Shown here in pieces: positions 1-8,922 of a DNA stretch of 13,350 bases. Numbering within the stretch: position 1 is the stretch's first letter; each line of letters starts with the position of its first letter. The DNA is from an uncultured Acidobacteriota bacterium (GTDB lineage Bacteria; Acidobacteriota; Thermoanaerobaculia; Multivoradales; JAHEKO01): assembly GCA_963713825.1 (NCBI GenBank), contig CAVQNG010000017.1, positions 1 through 13,350 of the forward strand, given 5' to 3'. The notes under the pieces were generated by a model. That model saw only the letters and a list, made by a program, of their open reading frames with translations, was not told the origin of the DNA and searched no databases. The position numbers and the translations under genes were made by a program.

Positions 1-342
1 CGCGATTCAGTTGAGGACGGACCAAATCCAAGGGGAAACCGCACCGCAATTGGCAGGCATTCTAATCGCTCCGGTTCTCTGGCTACTTCAGGCTGGTGGG
101 CAGATGTAGATCGGAATCGAGTGGTCCGGTCAGCCCGTATATGATGGATGCCTAGGACCTAGCCGCTGAACTTTTGAGCGATCCGGTATTTTCTGGGGAT
201 GTTTGATTTTGGGTTCCATAAGCATGTACAGAGGACCAACTGACACCTGCCCTCTCGACTGTTCAGGCACTCCTCGCGGTGGTCCCCTTACGAGTCGATC
301 CATCCAACGAGGACTACCGAGTCGCAGAGTCTGGAAGTAGCA

Positions 343-1344
343 ATGGGGCCGAAGAACGACACAGAGGCTATTCTGATGAACGAGGCTATCTCCCCTCGGA
401 TATCGGTGGTGATTCCAGCGCACAACGAAGCTGCTTCGCTGAGCGAGACCCTGAAAAGGACCTTACAAGTCCTGTCATCAAACTCCATCGCAGCCGAAGT
501 CTTGGTAGTCGACGACGGTTCGACTGATAGTACCTGGGATCTAATTCAAGACTTTTCTCGCCGAGATCAGCGAGTGAGTGGCATCTCCTTCAGTCGGAAC
601 TTCGGAAAAGAGAGAGCAATCTGTGCTGGTCTGGAATCCGCTACCGGTCAAGCGGTTGTCGTGATGGATGCAGATTTGCAACACCCACCCAGAATCATTC
701 CCGAACTCATCGAGAAGTGGTCTGAAGGGTTCCACGTTGTTGATGGAGTAAAACGCTCCCGAGGGAAGGAGACCTGGATCAGTACCAAGCTTGCGAAGGC
801 CTTCTATGGTCTTTTTGCTTTGGCTGCTGGAATCGACCTTGAAGGACAAAGTGATTTCAAGCTTCTCGACCGAAAGGCAGTCGAGCAGTGGAATCGAATG
901 CCTGAGCGGACAGTCTTCTTTCGTGGTATGTCTTCTTGGCTGGGTTTCAGAAGATCAAGCGTAGAGTTCGATGTCGAGGATCGCGTAGCCGGTTCGAGCA
1001 CGTGGTCGCGAGCCAATTTGGCAAGATTGGCGCTGTCTGCCATCACTTCGTTTTCTTCCATTCCTCTTCGACTGGTGACCTTTACAGGGTTACTGTTCTT
1101 CGTATTTGCGGTCGTCTTAGGGATTCAAACGGTCTACAGGTGGGCGATCGGCGAAGCATTTACAGGATTCCCGACGGTCATCCTTCTTATCCTGATTACC
1201 TCGAGTCTGGTCATGCTGGCACTAGGAATCATCGGAGAGTACCTGGCAAAGATCTACGATGAAATCAAGGGACGTCCTAGATTCGTGATAGAGGATCGCT
1301 GCGGTTTTGATGGGTGGAGTCCGCCTGCGGGAAAACTGCAATGA
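343..1344 (+). CDS. GT2 family polyprenyl-phosphate glycosyltransferase (GtrB/ArnC/YkcC-like) with two C-terminal TM helices
   Basis: Motifs ISVVIPAHNE, VVDDGSTD, SRNFGKE, VMDADLQHPP (DxD), SDFKLLDR, FFRGMSSWLGF, two hydrophobic helices, then GIIGEYLAKIYDEIKGRPRF. The true start may be the ATG at 376, which has GAGG at 364-367. Confidence 0.95.
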   Translation: MGPKNDTEAILMNEAISPRISVVIPAHNEAASLSETLKRTLQVLSSNSIAAEVLVVDDGSTDSTWDLIQDFSRRDQRVSGISFSRNFGKERAICAGLESATGQAVVVMDADLQHPPRIIPELIEKWSEGFHVVDGVKRSRGKETWISTKLAKAFYGLFALAAGIDLEGQSDFKLLDRKAVEQWNRMPERTVFFRGMSSWLGFRRSSVEFDVEDRVAGSSTWSRANLARLALSAITSFSSIPLRLVTFTGLLFFVFAVVLGIQTVYRWAIGEAFTGFPTVILLILITSSLVMLALGIIGEYLAKIYDEIKGRPRFVIEDRCGFDGWSPPAGKLQ

Positions 1345-2855
1345 AGTTTGTTCCCCCGCCGACTTGCACACGAAAAGGTACTTTTCCAAGCTGTCCTGCT
1401 AGTTGTTCTTCTGGGGACGTTGCTGAGTGCTGGTCTCGTGTTCCTGGTCGATTTCCCACCCATTCAGTTTTTTCCGAACCACCTCCTACGCCAACACATC
1501 ATCGAGAATATGGACGTCAGGCCTTATGCTGACTATATTGCCCTTGATCCATCATTTGGCCGAACATGACCTCCGACTTAATTCTGGGTGCTCTCAGGAG
1601 AGACTCTGGACCTGGACTCGGCAGGCAAAGTGTTGTTGAGTCTGGAGTTGTTGGTCATCAATCAAGGGGCGGCCCTTTTTCTCAGGCGGTTCGTGCCAGC
1701 CTCGCGGGTGCCCTCCTTGCTGTTCACTTGAGTGCCAGCTAGGATGTTCTTGAAGGGTCTCATGAACTTTGGGTTTGGCGTGGGCTTCGGATTGGCGTGG
1801 TTGTCCGTACTCTGGGGGCAGGATCGCATCTCATTTCCGCGGTGGGTGGTCGCGGCAGGGCTCGGTGTGGCCACGGTCGTGAGTCATGGATTTGTATTCC
1901 TGGCCTCCTTGTTCCTGATCTTCGCAGGCCTTTTGACCGAGGGGAAGTACTTGTCGAGACGGGCGTTGATCAGCATGCTTTCAGCGCTACCGGGGACCGC
2001 GATCTTTGTCCTGTTCATTCTGAACATCAGAGAGAGCTCGCAGCTCGGTGCGAACAAATTCATCTACGCGGCGAATCTTGAGCACCTGTTCGTCTGGAAC
2101 CCACTCGGTATCTGGGCAGGAGTGAGCGGTAGTCTCGATGAGATGCTCGCGGTGATCGCCTGGGCACTCCTATTCGCTGCTTGTGTTCTTACCGGGCGAA
2201 GAGCCCTTCAATTGAGGAGGGCTGGAAGAGACAGTCTCATGGTGACTGTCTGGGGGTTGGTATTGGGCTCCATCTGTCTATACCTGTTGCTTCCAGGCAG
2301 GCTGTCTGGAGGCTGGGGTCTTATGAAAGTCCGAATCTGCCTGATTCTGTTCTTCGTCAGCTTGCCGTTGTTGTCTTTTTTGACGGTGAGGCTCAGAGGT
2401 ATTGCTGCCGTCGTTGCATTCGGGGTGTGGGCCTTGGGACTCGGTCTCAGTTTTGTGGACTACCGCGACTTCAGCCACAATGTGTCGGCCTACATGGAAG
2501 TAGCTGACAAACTGCCCAGAGAGGCCGTGGTGCTATCACTCAATCTCATGGCCCCAGGCAGGACCTTGAACCCGTATCAGCATATCTGGGGCTACGCTTC
2601 ATCAGGAAGGACTGTCTTTCTCAGGAACTGTTTGCTGACGAGTACATACAACAAATCTACTTTGACCGGCCCCTGCTGGGAAGAAAGAAAGTTGTTCCCC
2701 CGTATGAACCGTCTTCCATCTCCGAGGCTTTGGAAGGCGGTCAATACGATGCGGTACTGATAGCTGGTGAAGCGCCTAGCTCGCTCCTGGAGCCTACTCA
2801 ACTGTGGCAGGTGGCGGCGACCAATAAGAGCGGCACGTTGATGGTGCCCAAATGA
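1341..2855 (+). CDS. Polytopic membrane protein, putative GT-C-fold glycosyltransferase; paralog of 3091..4767; interrupted by several indels and one in-frame stop (sequencing error or pseudogene)
   Basis: ATG at 1341 overlaps the upstream TGA (ATGA); removing one T from TTT at 1347-1349 gives MKLFPRR. Segments in shifting frames align with the 3091 protein: FPPIQFFPNHL vs FPTQDGPIHL, PNMTSDLILG vs PNWFSLLSLA, AGKVLLSL vs AEKVFLSA, KGLMNFGFG vs LGFYNFIFG, SGGWGLMKVR vs GGGNWINAR, HIWGY vs HFAGY, YDAVLI vs VDYVLL. In-frame TGA at 1729-1731. A shift near 2620 extends the frame to TGA at 2853-2855. Confidence 0.75.
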
Positions 2856-3081
2856 GACTATGGGCTACCAGCTGTGCCCTATTACAGTTGCTAGGAGCTT
2901 CCGGCTCGACCTTCAATGCCTCATCGCCAAGGTCTTCCGGTTGATTTCCCAGCGGAGCCTCCCTTTCGAACTCCTCCAGAAGGCACTATCTAGGGCTTCT
3001 TCCTCTTGAACCCACCTCCCGATCTCTATGGCAAGCTAGGCGTGATGGGGAGGTGAGGTCGCGTTCGGGACCAGATCTCTG

Positions 3082-3086
3082 GAGGA
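3082..3086 (+). promoter_or_regulatory. Shine-Dalgarno site
   Basis: GGAGGA core a few nucleotides upstream of the ATG at 3091 (ggaggacaaa-ATG). Confidence 0.65.
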
Positions 3087-3090
3087 CAAA

Positions 3091-4767
3091 ATGAGAACTC
3101 ATGCTCGAATAGCTCAACGAGGTTCTAGTGACCGAGTCCTGTCGCTCTGGCTGCTCGCTATGGTACTACTGCACCTTCTACCGATCTGGCTCTTCGAGCA
3201 CTTCCCGACTCAGGATGGGCCCATTCACCTTTCCAATGCGAGAGTCTTCCTCGAATACGACAATCCAGCATGTTCCGTACTGCCTGAGTACTACCAGCTG
3301 AAGTCCGGTGTTGGCCCGAACTGGTTCTCTCTTCTGTCTTTGGCGGGCCTGCTCAAGCTTTTCTCTCCTGAGATAGCAGAAAAGGTGTTTCTAAGCGCCT
3401 ATGTTCTTGCTCTCGTAGGCTCAGCCTACTTCGCGATTCTGGGAATCAGCAGGAGGAACAGATTTCTACTGCTTCTCGTGTTTCCCTTCGTCTTCAATTA
3501 CTTCGTCTTCCTCGGCTTCTACAACTTCATCTTCGGTCTACCATTTGTCTTCTTGTTTCTCGGAATAGTCCTCAGGTCAGGTTCCAGGCTCGGGTGGCGG
3601 GAGGCTGGTCTCCTGGCCCTGGCGTCTGTGCTGGCCTTCTTCATCCACCCCTTGACGATGCTTGCGGCCTGGTTCATGGCCCTGCCTCCCTTGGCTGCGA
3701 AGGTCATCCTCACCCATCCAGAGGCTGGGGAGACCGGGAAAGTACCATCAGGCCGATTAATCAACTCCTTGCTCCGGCGGGCAATACCCATCGGGATGGC
3801 TGCATTGCCCAGCGCTGGTCTCTTCCTGCATTACTGGCTGACACATTCCGGCTCTTCGGCAGTACGCCAATCTCTCCTTAGACTGGCGCGCAACGCAGTC
3901 GGCCTGGGCTCCATCATCACTCACTCTCGGTGGGAGGTTTTGCCGTCGCTGGTTCTCTCTGCAAGTTTTCTCGTGATTGGAGTCAGTGTCCTTCGGAGAG
4001 GTGCGCTGAAGGGCAAGCGGGCTTCGGCGGTTGGCCTACTGATAGCCGTTATTGCAATGTTCGCGCTCTACTTCGTAGCGCCCAACTCAGCCGGAGGCGG
4101 CAACTGGATCAACGCTCGTTTGTTGCTCTACCCTTTCTTGACGACGGTGTTGTGGTTTGCATGCTACCGGTTCAGCCGACGTGAGAGAGGGGGCATTATC
4201 GTCGTCGCTTCGTTGGTAACGCTTGTTCTCCTTGGATTCCATCTTCGGAGCGTATCTAGCCTCAGCGCAGAAATCGAGCAGAGCCTAGCCTGTGGCGCAG
4301 ATGTTCCGGCAAACGCTACAGTGCTCCCAGTCAGTCTGTCGCGTCGGGGTCGGGATGAGACGGGTGCTCCAATTTCGTGGAAGGCGGCATCCTTCGGTCA
4401 TTTCGCAGGGTATGTGGCGGCCGACCGGTGCTTGGTTCAGTTCGACAACTACGCTGCATGGAAAGGGTACTTCCCGGTTTCCTGGCGGTCGGAGTTGAGT
4501 CCCAGAGAGGGCCGCCTATGGCCAGATGGTCCTGAGGGTGATCGTCCGGCAGTGAACATTCGGAAGTACGAGGAGCTTACAGGTGGGCGAGTCGACTATG
4601 TTCTCCTGCGAGACTTGCGCCCGGAGGATCTCCAGAATCAAGAAGTAGTAGACCTCCTGGATCAACTGGGCAGGGGCTTCGAGGAGGTCTGCCGCGATGG
4701 TCTGCTTGGCGAAACCTATCTTTACCGGAGAAACGATCCGGGCACTGAAAGAGCGTTGCAAGATTGA
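3091..4767 (+). CDS. Polytopic membrane protein (about 10-12 TM helices plus C-terminal soluble domain), putative GT-C-fold glycosyltransferase
   Basis: Intact 558-aa ORF with a GGAGG ribosome-binding site just upstream. An acidic motif (PTQDGPIH) sits in the loop after TM1, followed by many hydrophobic segments and a hydrophilic tail ending ...VDYVLL...TYLYRR. This layout is typical of GT-C proteins; the function is inferred from architecture and context. Confidence 0.8.
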   Translation: MRTHARIAQRGSSDRVLSLWLLAMVLLHLLPIWLFEHFPTQDGPIHLSNARVFLEYDNPACSVLPEYYQLKSGVGPNWFSLLSLAGLLKLFSPEIAEKVFLSAYVLALVGSAYFAILGISRRNRFLLLLVFPFVFNYFVFLGFYNFIFGLPFVFLFLGIVLRSGSRLGWREAGLLALASVLAFFIHPLTMLAAWFMALPPLAAKVILTHPEAGETGKVPSGRLINSLLRRAIPIGMAALPSAGLFLHYWLTHSGSSAVRQSLLRLARNAVGLGSIITHSRWEVLPSLVLSASFLVIGVSVLRRGALKGKRASAVGLLIAVIAMFALYFVAPNSAGGGNWINARLLLYPFLTTVLWFACYRFSRRERGGIIVVASLVTLVLLGFHLRSVSSLSAEIEQSLACGADVPANATVLPVSLSRRGRDETGAPISWKAASFGHFAGYVAADRCLVQFDNYAAWKGYFPVSWRSELSPREGRLWPDGPEGDRPAVNIRKYEELTGGRVDYVLLRDLRPEDLQNQEVVDLLDQLGRGFEEVCRDGLLGETYLYRRNDPGTERALQD

Positions 4768-4809
4768 AGCCTAAGAGCTTGTTGAAAAACCCGTCATCGC
4801 GCACGATTG

Positions 4810-4824
4810 GGGACATGCTGTCCC
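4810..4824. repeat. Short perfect inverted repeat GGGACA-TGC-TGTCCC nested in a longer imperfect inverted repeat (4789-4799 with 4848-4858)
   Basis: Read directly: ACCCGTCATCG at 4789-4799 matches the reverse complement of CGATCACGGGT (ACCCGTGATCG) at 10 of 11 positions. Confidence 0.6.
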
Positions 4825-4851
4825 TTGACACCTGTTAACCTGACCAACGAT
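4825..4851 (+). promoter_or_regulatory. Possible sigma70-type promoter
   Basis: Perfect TTGACA at 4825-4830 in the intergenic gap. The only -10 candidate is weak (AACGAT at 4846-4851, 15-nt spacer). GAGAGG precedes the ATG at 4877. Confidence 0.3.
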
Positions 4852-4876
4852 CACGGGTCTTGAGAGGTATTCACTC

Positions 4877-6805
4877 ATGTCGAGAGAATCATTTGGAATT
4901 CTGATATTGCGTGTTCTTGCTGTCGGATTCCTGGCTGGAGCCCTCGTGAGTGCGGTTGCGTCTTGCTCGTTGTTTTGGTTGGTGGACTTCTCCAGTCACC
5001 TGGGGGATCTCTTCGTTCTGAGCCTCTATGCCGTTGTGCACTTCGGGGCTGTGGGTGCTGTTATAGCAGGAGCCCTTGGCCTTCTCTTCTGGTGGCTTTC
5101 AAAGTCTGAGCTGGTTTCTCTTGCCCCTCAGGGATTCTTGAATGGACTGCTGGTGTTCTGTCTTGGTCAAGCAGCCTTGCTCGTGTTTGGTGTTTGGAAC
5201 CTGGTCAGGCAGCGACCCACCTACCTGACAGCACTCCCTGTCGTGCTGCCGATTCTGCTCGGTTTTTGTTTCGTCTTGTGGCTCTCCGCAAGAGCCTCTC
5301 GGTCCTCTTCTCGAGGGGAGTCGAGGCGAGTTCCGGCCTTGTACCGCCCTCGGATCGTACTTGCAGTGCTCCTTACGACTCTTGTGGTGCCGCCAATCTT
5401 CGGCTTTTTGAGCTTTGATAGATCGACTGCGGGTGACAGAGAGACGACAGTGGGGAGTGCAGTGAGCCCTGTTGAGATTTCGAATCGGCCTCGGCTTCTG
5501 GTGGTCGGCTGGGATGCCGCAACCTGGGATGTTCTGGATCCCCTCCTCGCACAGGGTCGCCTTCCCAATCTCGCGGGGCTCATTGAGCAGGGGAGCCGCG
5601 TGACTCTGTGGGCCAGACCTCAGGTTCTTCAGCCTTTCACCGACTCGGCGAGCGGTGGTGCAAGGTCGCCGGCATTGTGGGAGTCCATCGCTACTGGGAA
5701 GTCTCCACGCCAACATGGTATCTGGGACTTCAGGATCAAGCGCTTCTGGGGTGTGAAGCAACCGGTTCCTTTTCGCTTGGCGGGAGAGTACCTTGGCGAA
5801 ACAGCTGCAAGAAGTAGTGCATTGGCCCGAGCAAAGCGCTTCTGGTCCATTCTGGACGACGCTGGATTGAAGACAGCGACTGTGGGTTGGTTGACTACTT
5901 GGCCGGCGCGCTCGATGGAGCGCGGGATTATCGTCAGCGATCGAGCGGCCTACGGGCAAGAGGATGCAGTCTACCCGAGGGACTGTATCGACTCCGATCC
6001 CTTGTGGATGGCTGCGAAAGAGGAGCGGCGTCGGCTCCTGGAAGGGCTCTCTCCGGAGCTTCAGGAAGTCATCGCTAGAGCACTGGAGTCAGGCAGCAAG
6101 ACTGAAGAAAACAAGAGGATAATGGCCTATCTACATGACTTGGAAGTAGACATCTTCAAGTACCTGGCAGCCAAGAGCTTACTTGCTGCCGAAAGCCCGC
6201 CGGATCTTGTGGCAATCGTGTTCAAGGTCACGGATCTTGTTCAGCACAAGTTCTGGGGTTTCTTCGATCCTCAGTCCTTCGGCCTTGATTCGACCCCGGA
6301 GTCGGAAGTGATGGGGCAGGTGATCCCAGGTACCTACGAGCAACTCGACGTCCTTTTGGGGGATTTGTTGGAAACCTCGGGTCCGGAGACCTCGGTTATC
6401 GTGCTGTCTGACCATGGTGCCGGCCCATGGGTATCTGGTGGGATCGCCGGTTTCGTGAAGAAGTTCATTCAGAGGTCGTTCCATCCAGACTACTCTGGGA
6501 ATCATCGGTTGAGCGGGATGGCAAGCTTCAGTGGTCCAAAGTTCCGCCCGGGTGACGTCGTGCTGGATGCCTGGGGAGAGGATATCGCTCCGACGATCCT
6601 GCACTACTTTGGACTTCCCGTGGCTGATGACATGACCGGGAGGGCTCTGGTCAGTGTTTTTGATGACAGCGTTCGTGACGACAGGCAGCTTGCCACGGTT
6701 TCTTCCTATGGGCCACCTCCAGAATTGGTCGATCCAGAGTCCAGCGGATCTGAGACTGACGAAGAGATATTGGAGAGATTGAAGAGTCTTGGTTACGTCC
6801 AGTAA
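4877..6805 (+). CDS. Membrane-anchored alkaline-phosphatase-superfamily protein (type I phosphodiesterase/nucleotide pyrophosphatase-like)
   Basis: About five N-terminal TM helices, then LLVVGWDAATW (metal-binding Asp), GRLPNL, RSPALWESIATGKSPRQHGIWDF (predicted Ser nucleophile), TDLVQHKFW, VLSDHG, GNH, DIAPTIL, and the C-terminus DEEILERLKSLGYVQ. Confidence 0.92.
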   Translation: MSRESFGILILRVLAVGFLAGALVSAVASCSLFWLVDFSSHLGDLFVLSLYAVVHFGAVGAVIAGALGLLFWWLSKSELVSLAPQGFLNGLLVFCLGQAALLVFGVWNLVRQRPTYLTALPVVLPILLGFCFVLWLSARASRSSSRGESRRVPALYRPRIVLAVLLTTLVVPPIFGFLSFDRSTAGDRETTVGSAVSPVEISNRPRLLVVGWDAATWDVLDPLLAQGRLPNLAGLIEQGSRVTLWARPQVLQPFTDSASGGARSPALWESIATGKSPRQHGIWDFRIKRFWGVKQPVPFRLAGEYLGETAARSSALARAKRFWSILDDAGLKTATVGWLTTWPARSMERGIIVSDRAAYGQEDAVYPRDCIDSDPLWMAAKEERRRLLEGLSPELQEVIARALESGSKTEENKRIMAYLHDLEVDIFKYLAAKSLLAAESPPDLVAIVFKVTDLVQHKFWGFFDPQSFGLDSTPESEVMGQVIPGTYEQLDVLLGDLLETSGPETSVIVLSDHGAGPWVSGGIAGFVKKFIQRSFHPDYSGNHRLSGMASFSGPKFRPGDVVLDAWGEDIAPTILHYFGLPVADDMTGRALVSVFDDSVRDDRQLATVSSYGPPPELVDPESSGSETDEEILERLKSLGYVQ

Positions 6806-6928
6806 CTATAAGATCTTGAGGGCTCGAGGTTCGCCCAGCAGTCCGGGTTGTGTCACTGGGAGTTGGCCTTGATTGACACCAGAAGATGCACATTGCCTCG
6901 ATCCCTAGTCGAAGGCTGAGAATTAAGA

Positions 6929-8897
6929 ATGACGGAAGACACAGGTTCGCAGCGATTGAGGTTGTTGAGGTTGGCCTTGGAACGAGCCTTCTGTGGAGCT
7001 CCTTGTTGGTGTTGGGGTCTTCGTTTCGATCACTTCGAGGCTCTATGTAACGACGCCTCCGATTTCGTGGGGCCGAGCAATTGTAATCGCCTTGACTAGT
7101 GCACAGCTATCTGCGCTGCTGATGGTCTCTTCGGCCCTGATCGTCGGAGTATTGCTGAAGTTGGCCTCGAGAGCTCTCGGCAGTGTGCGACTGAATCGAG
7201 CAGCAGATGCAGCTGGCCTAGCGGTGCCCCCATTTACGATTGTCGTGCCCATGCTGTTGCTGGGAGTGAACGTTATTCTCTTGCGCTATCGATACTCCCC
7301 GATAAGCATTTTGACCGATACGGCCATTGTTCTGGCAAGTGCGTTCGTCTTCGTGATGGTCGTCAGATGGCTTTCGACGAAGGAGTTGGACTTTGTCACG
7401 GCAGTGGGCTCGAGGCCGTGGGCCCTGGGTGGCCTCCTTCTTGTGTTGAGCAGCGGATGGCTGTCGCTTAGCGATCCCAAGTCTCAACTCCTGAAGGCCA
7501 GGCTCGACTCGGAGAATATGATTAGTGTGCCAAGTTCTCAGGGGGCAGAGGCTGGGCATTCGGAGGTGCCTCTCAGTACTTTGAATCTGATCGTGATTTC
7601 GATTGACACCCTGCGCTCAGATCATCTGGGCTCCTATGGCTACGGAAGGCCTGTATCTCCCAATCTCGATGTCTTTGCAGAAGAAGGAATTAGATTCTCC
7701 CAGGCATATTCCACTTCTCCCTGGACTCTCCCATCTCATCATTCCCTGATAACAGGACAGTATCCCTCGAGACATGGAGCCGACACCTCCCCTGTCTTCA
7801 CCAAGGAGGTTGATCGACTGCCTGAAAATCGCATCACCCTTGCCGAGGTCCTCAAGGATGCAGGGTATTCGACGGCCGCTTTTACTTCAGCAGACCTTCT
7901 AGGCTCACCTTTCGGTTTTGACCAGGGCTTCGATGTGATCGACCATCGAGGCCGGGGGGAGGGGTTAGCTGGTCGCTGGGCTTTGGGTAGGAAGTGGATC
8001 GAGTCGGAGGGTACAAAACCCTTCTTCTTGTTCCTTCACTGTTTCGACGTTCACGGCTATCAATCGCCGGAGCCATTCCGAAAGCGATTCGTCCGGCCCT
8101 ACTCGGGTCGCCTACGATCTCTCTATGACGATAGACGGCGATTCATGCGGATGGTGGTTTCGAATGGCTTCTACTCGTTGGGAGAATCGGACATTGACTT
8201 CCTTGTTGACCTGTACGATGCCGCGATCGCCTATGTCGATGAGACGTTTGTTGGCATTCGCTCCAATCTGGAGGAGCAGGGCCTCTGGGAGAACAGCGTA
8301 GTCGTGGTTCTTTCGGATCACGGTGAAGAGTTCTGGGATCATGGTGGCACCGGTCATGGATTTACGTTCTATGAGGAGCAATTGCGAATTCCGATCCTCC
8401 TCAAGATCCCCGGCGGTCCGACGAACCTAGTAGTGGATAGCAGAGTGCGTCTTGTGGACCTGATGCCGACGATTCTCGAAGTGCTTGGATTGCCGATCCC
8501 GACTGGCGTCCAGGGCCAGACGCTTATGCCAGTAATCGAGGGCAGGGAGAAAGCAGATCGACCTGTATTCGCGGAAGCGTCACACGTAGGCAACAGTGCT
8601 GCTCTGATCTTTGGAGATCATAAGCTCGTTGGGAAAAGTACCTGTCGAGCGACCTACTCAGTGTCGATCGGCTGATCTACATTTGCGGCAGGTTTTCTCG
8701 CGGAAACCCGATCGAGTTTTTGCCTTGACTGAGGATCCGTTGAGTCGGCACCTCGGAATGCGAGCCAAGGCGATCTTCCTGCGTTGCTGGAGGATCCGCG
8801 CCGCCAATCGGCAAGGCAACCCCGCTGAGGAGGAGGGTGACAAATCTATGGATCCGGAGACTGTAGAGCAGCTTCCGCTCTCGGCTACCTGGACTAG
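6929..8897 (+). CDS. Membrane-anchored sulfatase-like protein (alkaline phosphatase superfamily) with non-canonical active-site motif; frameshifted at both ends
   Basis: The core ORF 6993..8675 has N-terminal TM helices, NLIVISIDTLRSDHL, SPWTLPSHHSLITG, GFDQGFD, PFFLFLHCFDVH, LYDAAIAYVD, SDHGEEF, YEEQLRIP and DLMPTIL. The probable start is the ATG at 6929, with an indel near 6997. The C-terminus continues in other frames (FALTEDP, MDPETVEQL, ALGYLD) to TAG at 8895-8897. Confidence 0.85.
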
Positions 8898-8922
8898 AAG
8901 TGGCTGTGGCTCGGGCCTAAGA

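Noticed and set aside
1-342. Possible 3' end of an upstream gene, and ORFs 130..423(-) and 279..527(+)
   Set aside because: All + frames contain stops and I recognise no motif. It may be an error-rich gene tail, but I cannot support a call.
1729-1731. In-frame TGA as selenocysteine or recoded Trp
   Set aside because: TGA serves as the normal stop at 1344 and 4767, no SECIS-like hairpin is evident, and the neighbourhood is error-rich.
2856-3005. Purine-rich, coding-like stretch on the - strand (LEEFEREAPLGNQPEDLGDEALK)
   Set aside because: Short, no credible start or family motif, and it runs into the upstream gene antisense.
3053-3094. 13-codon GTG uORF whose TGA overlaps the ATG at 3091
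   Set aside because: No properly spaced dedicated SD and no informative peptide content; expected by chance.
5099-5959. 286-aa antisense ORF and other shadow ORFs
   Set aside because: They lie wholly opposite motif-rich genes, with Arg/Pro/Ser-rich composition typical of non-coding frames in GC-rich DNA.
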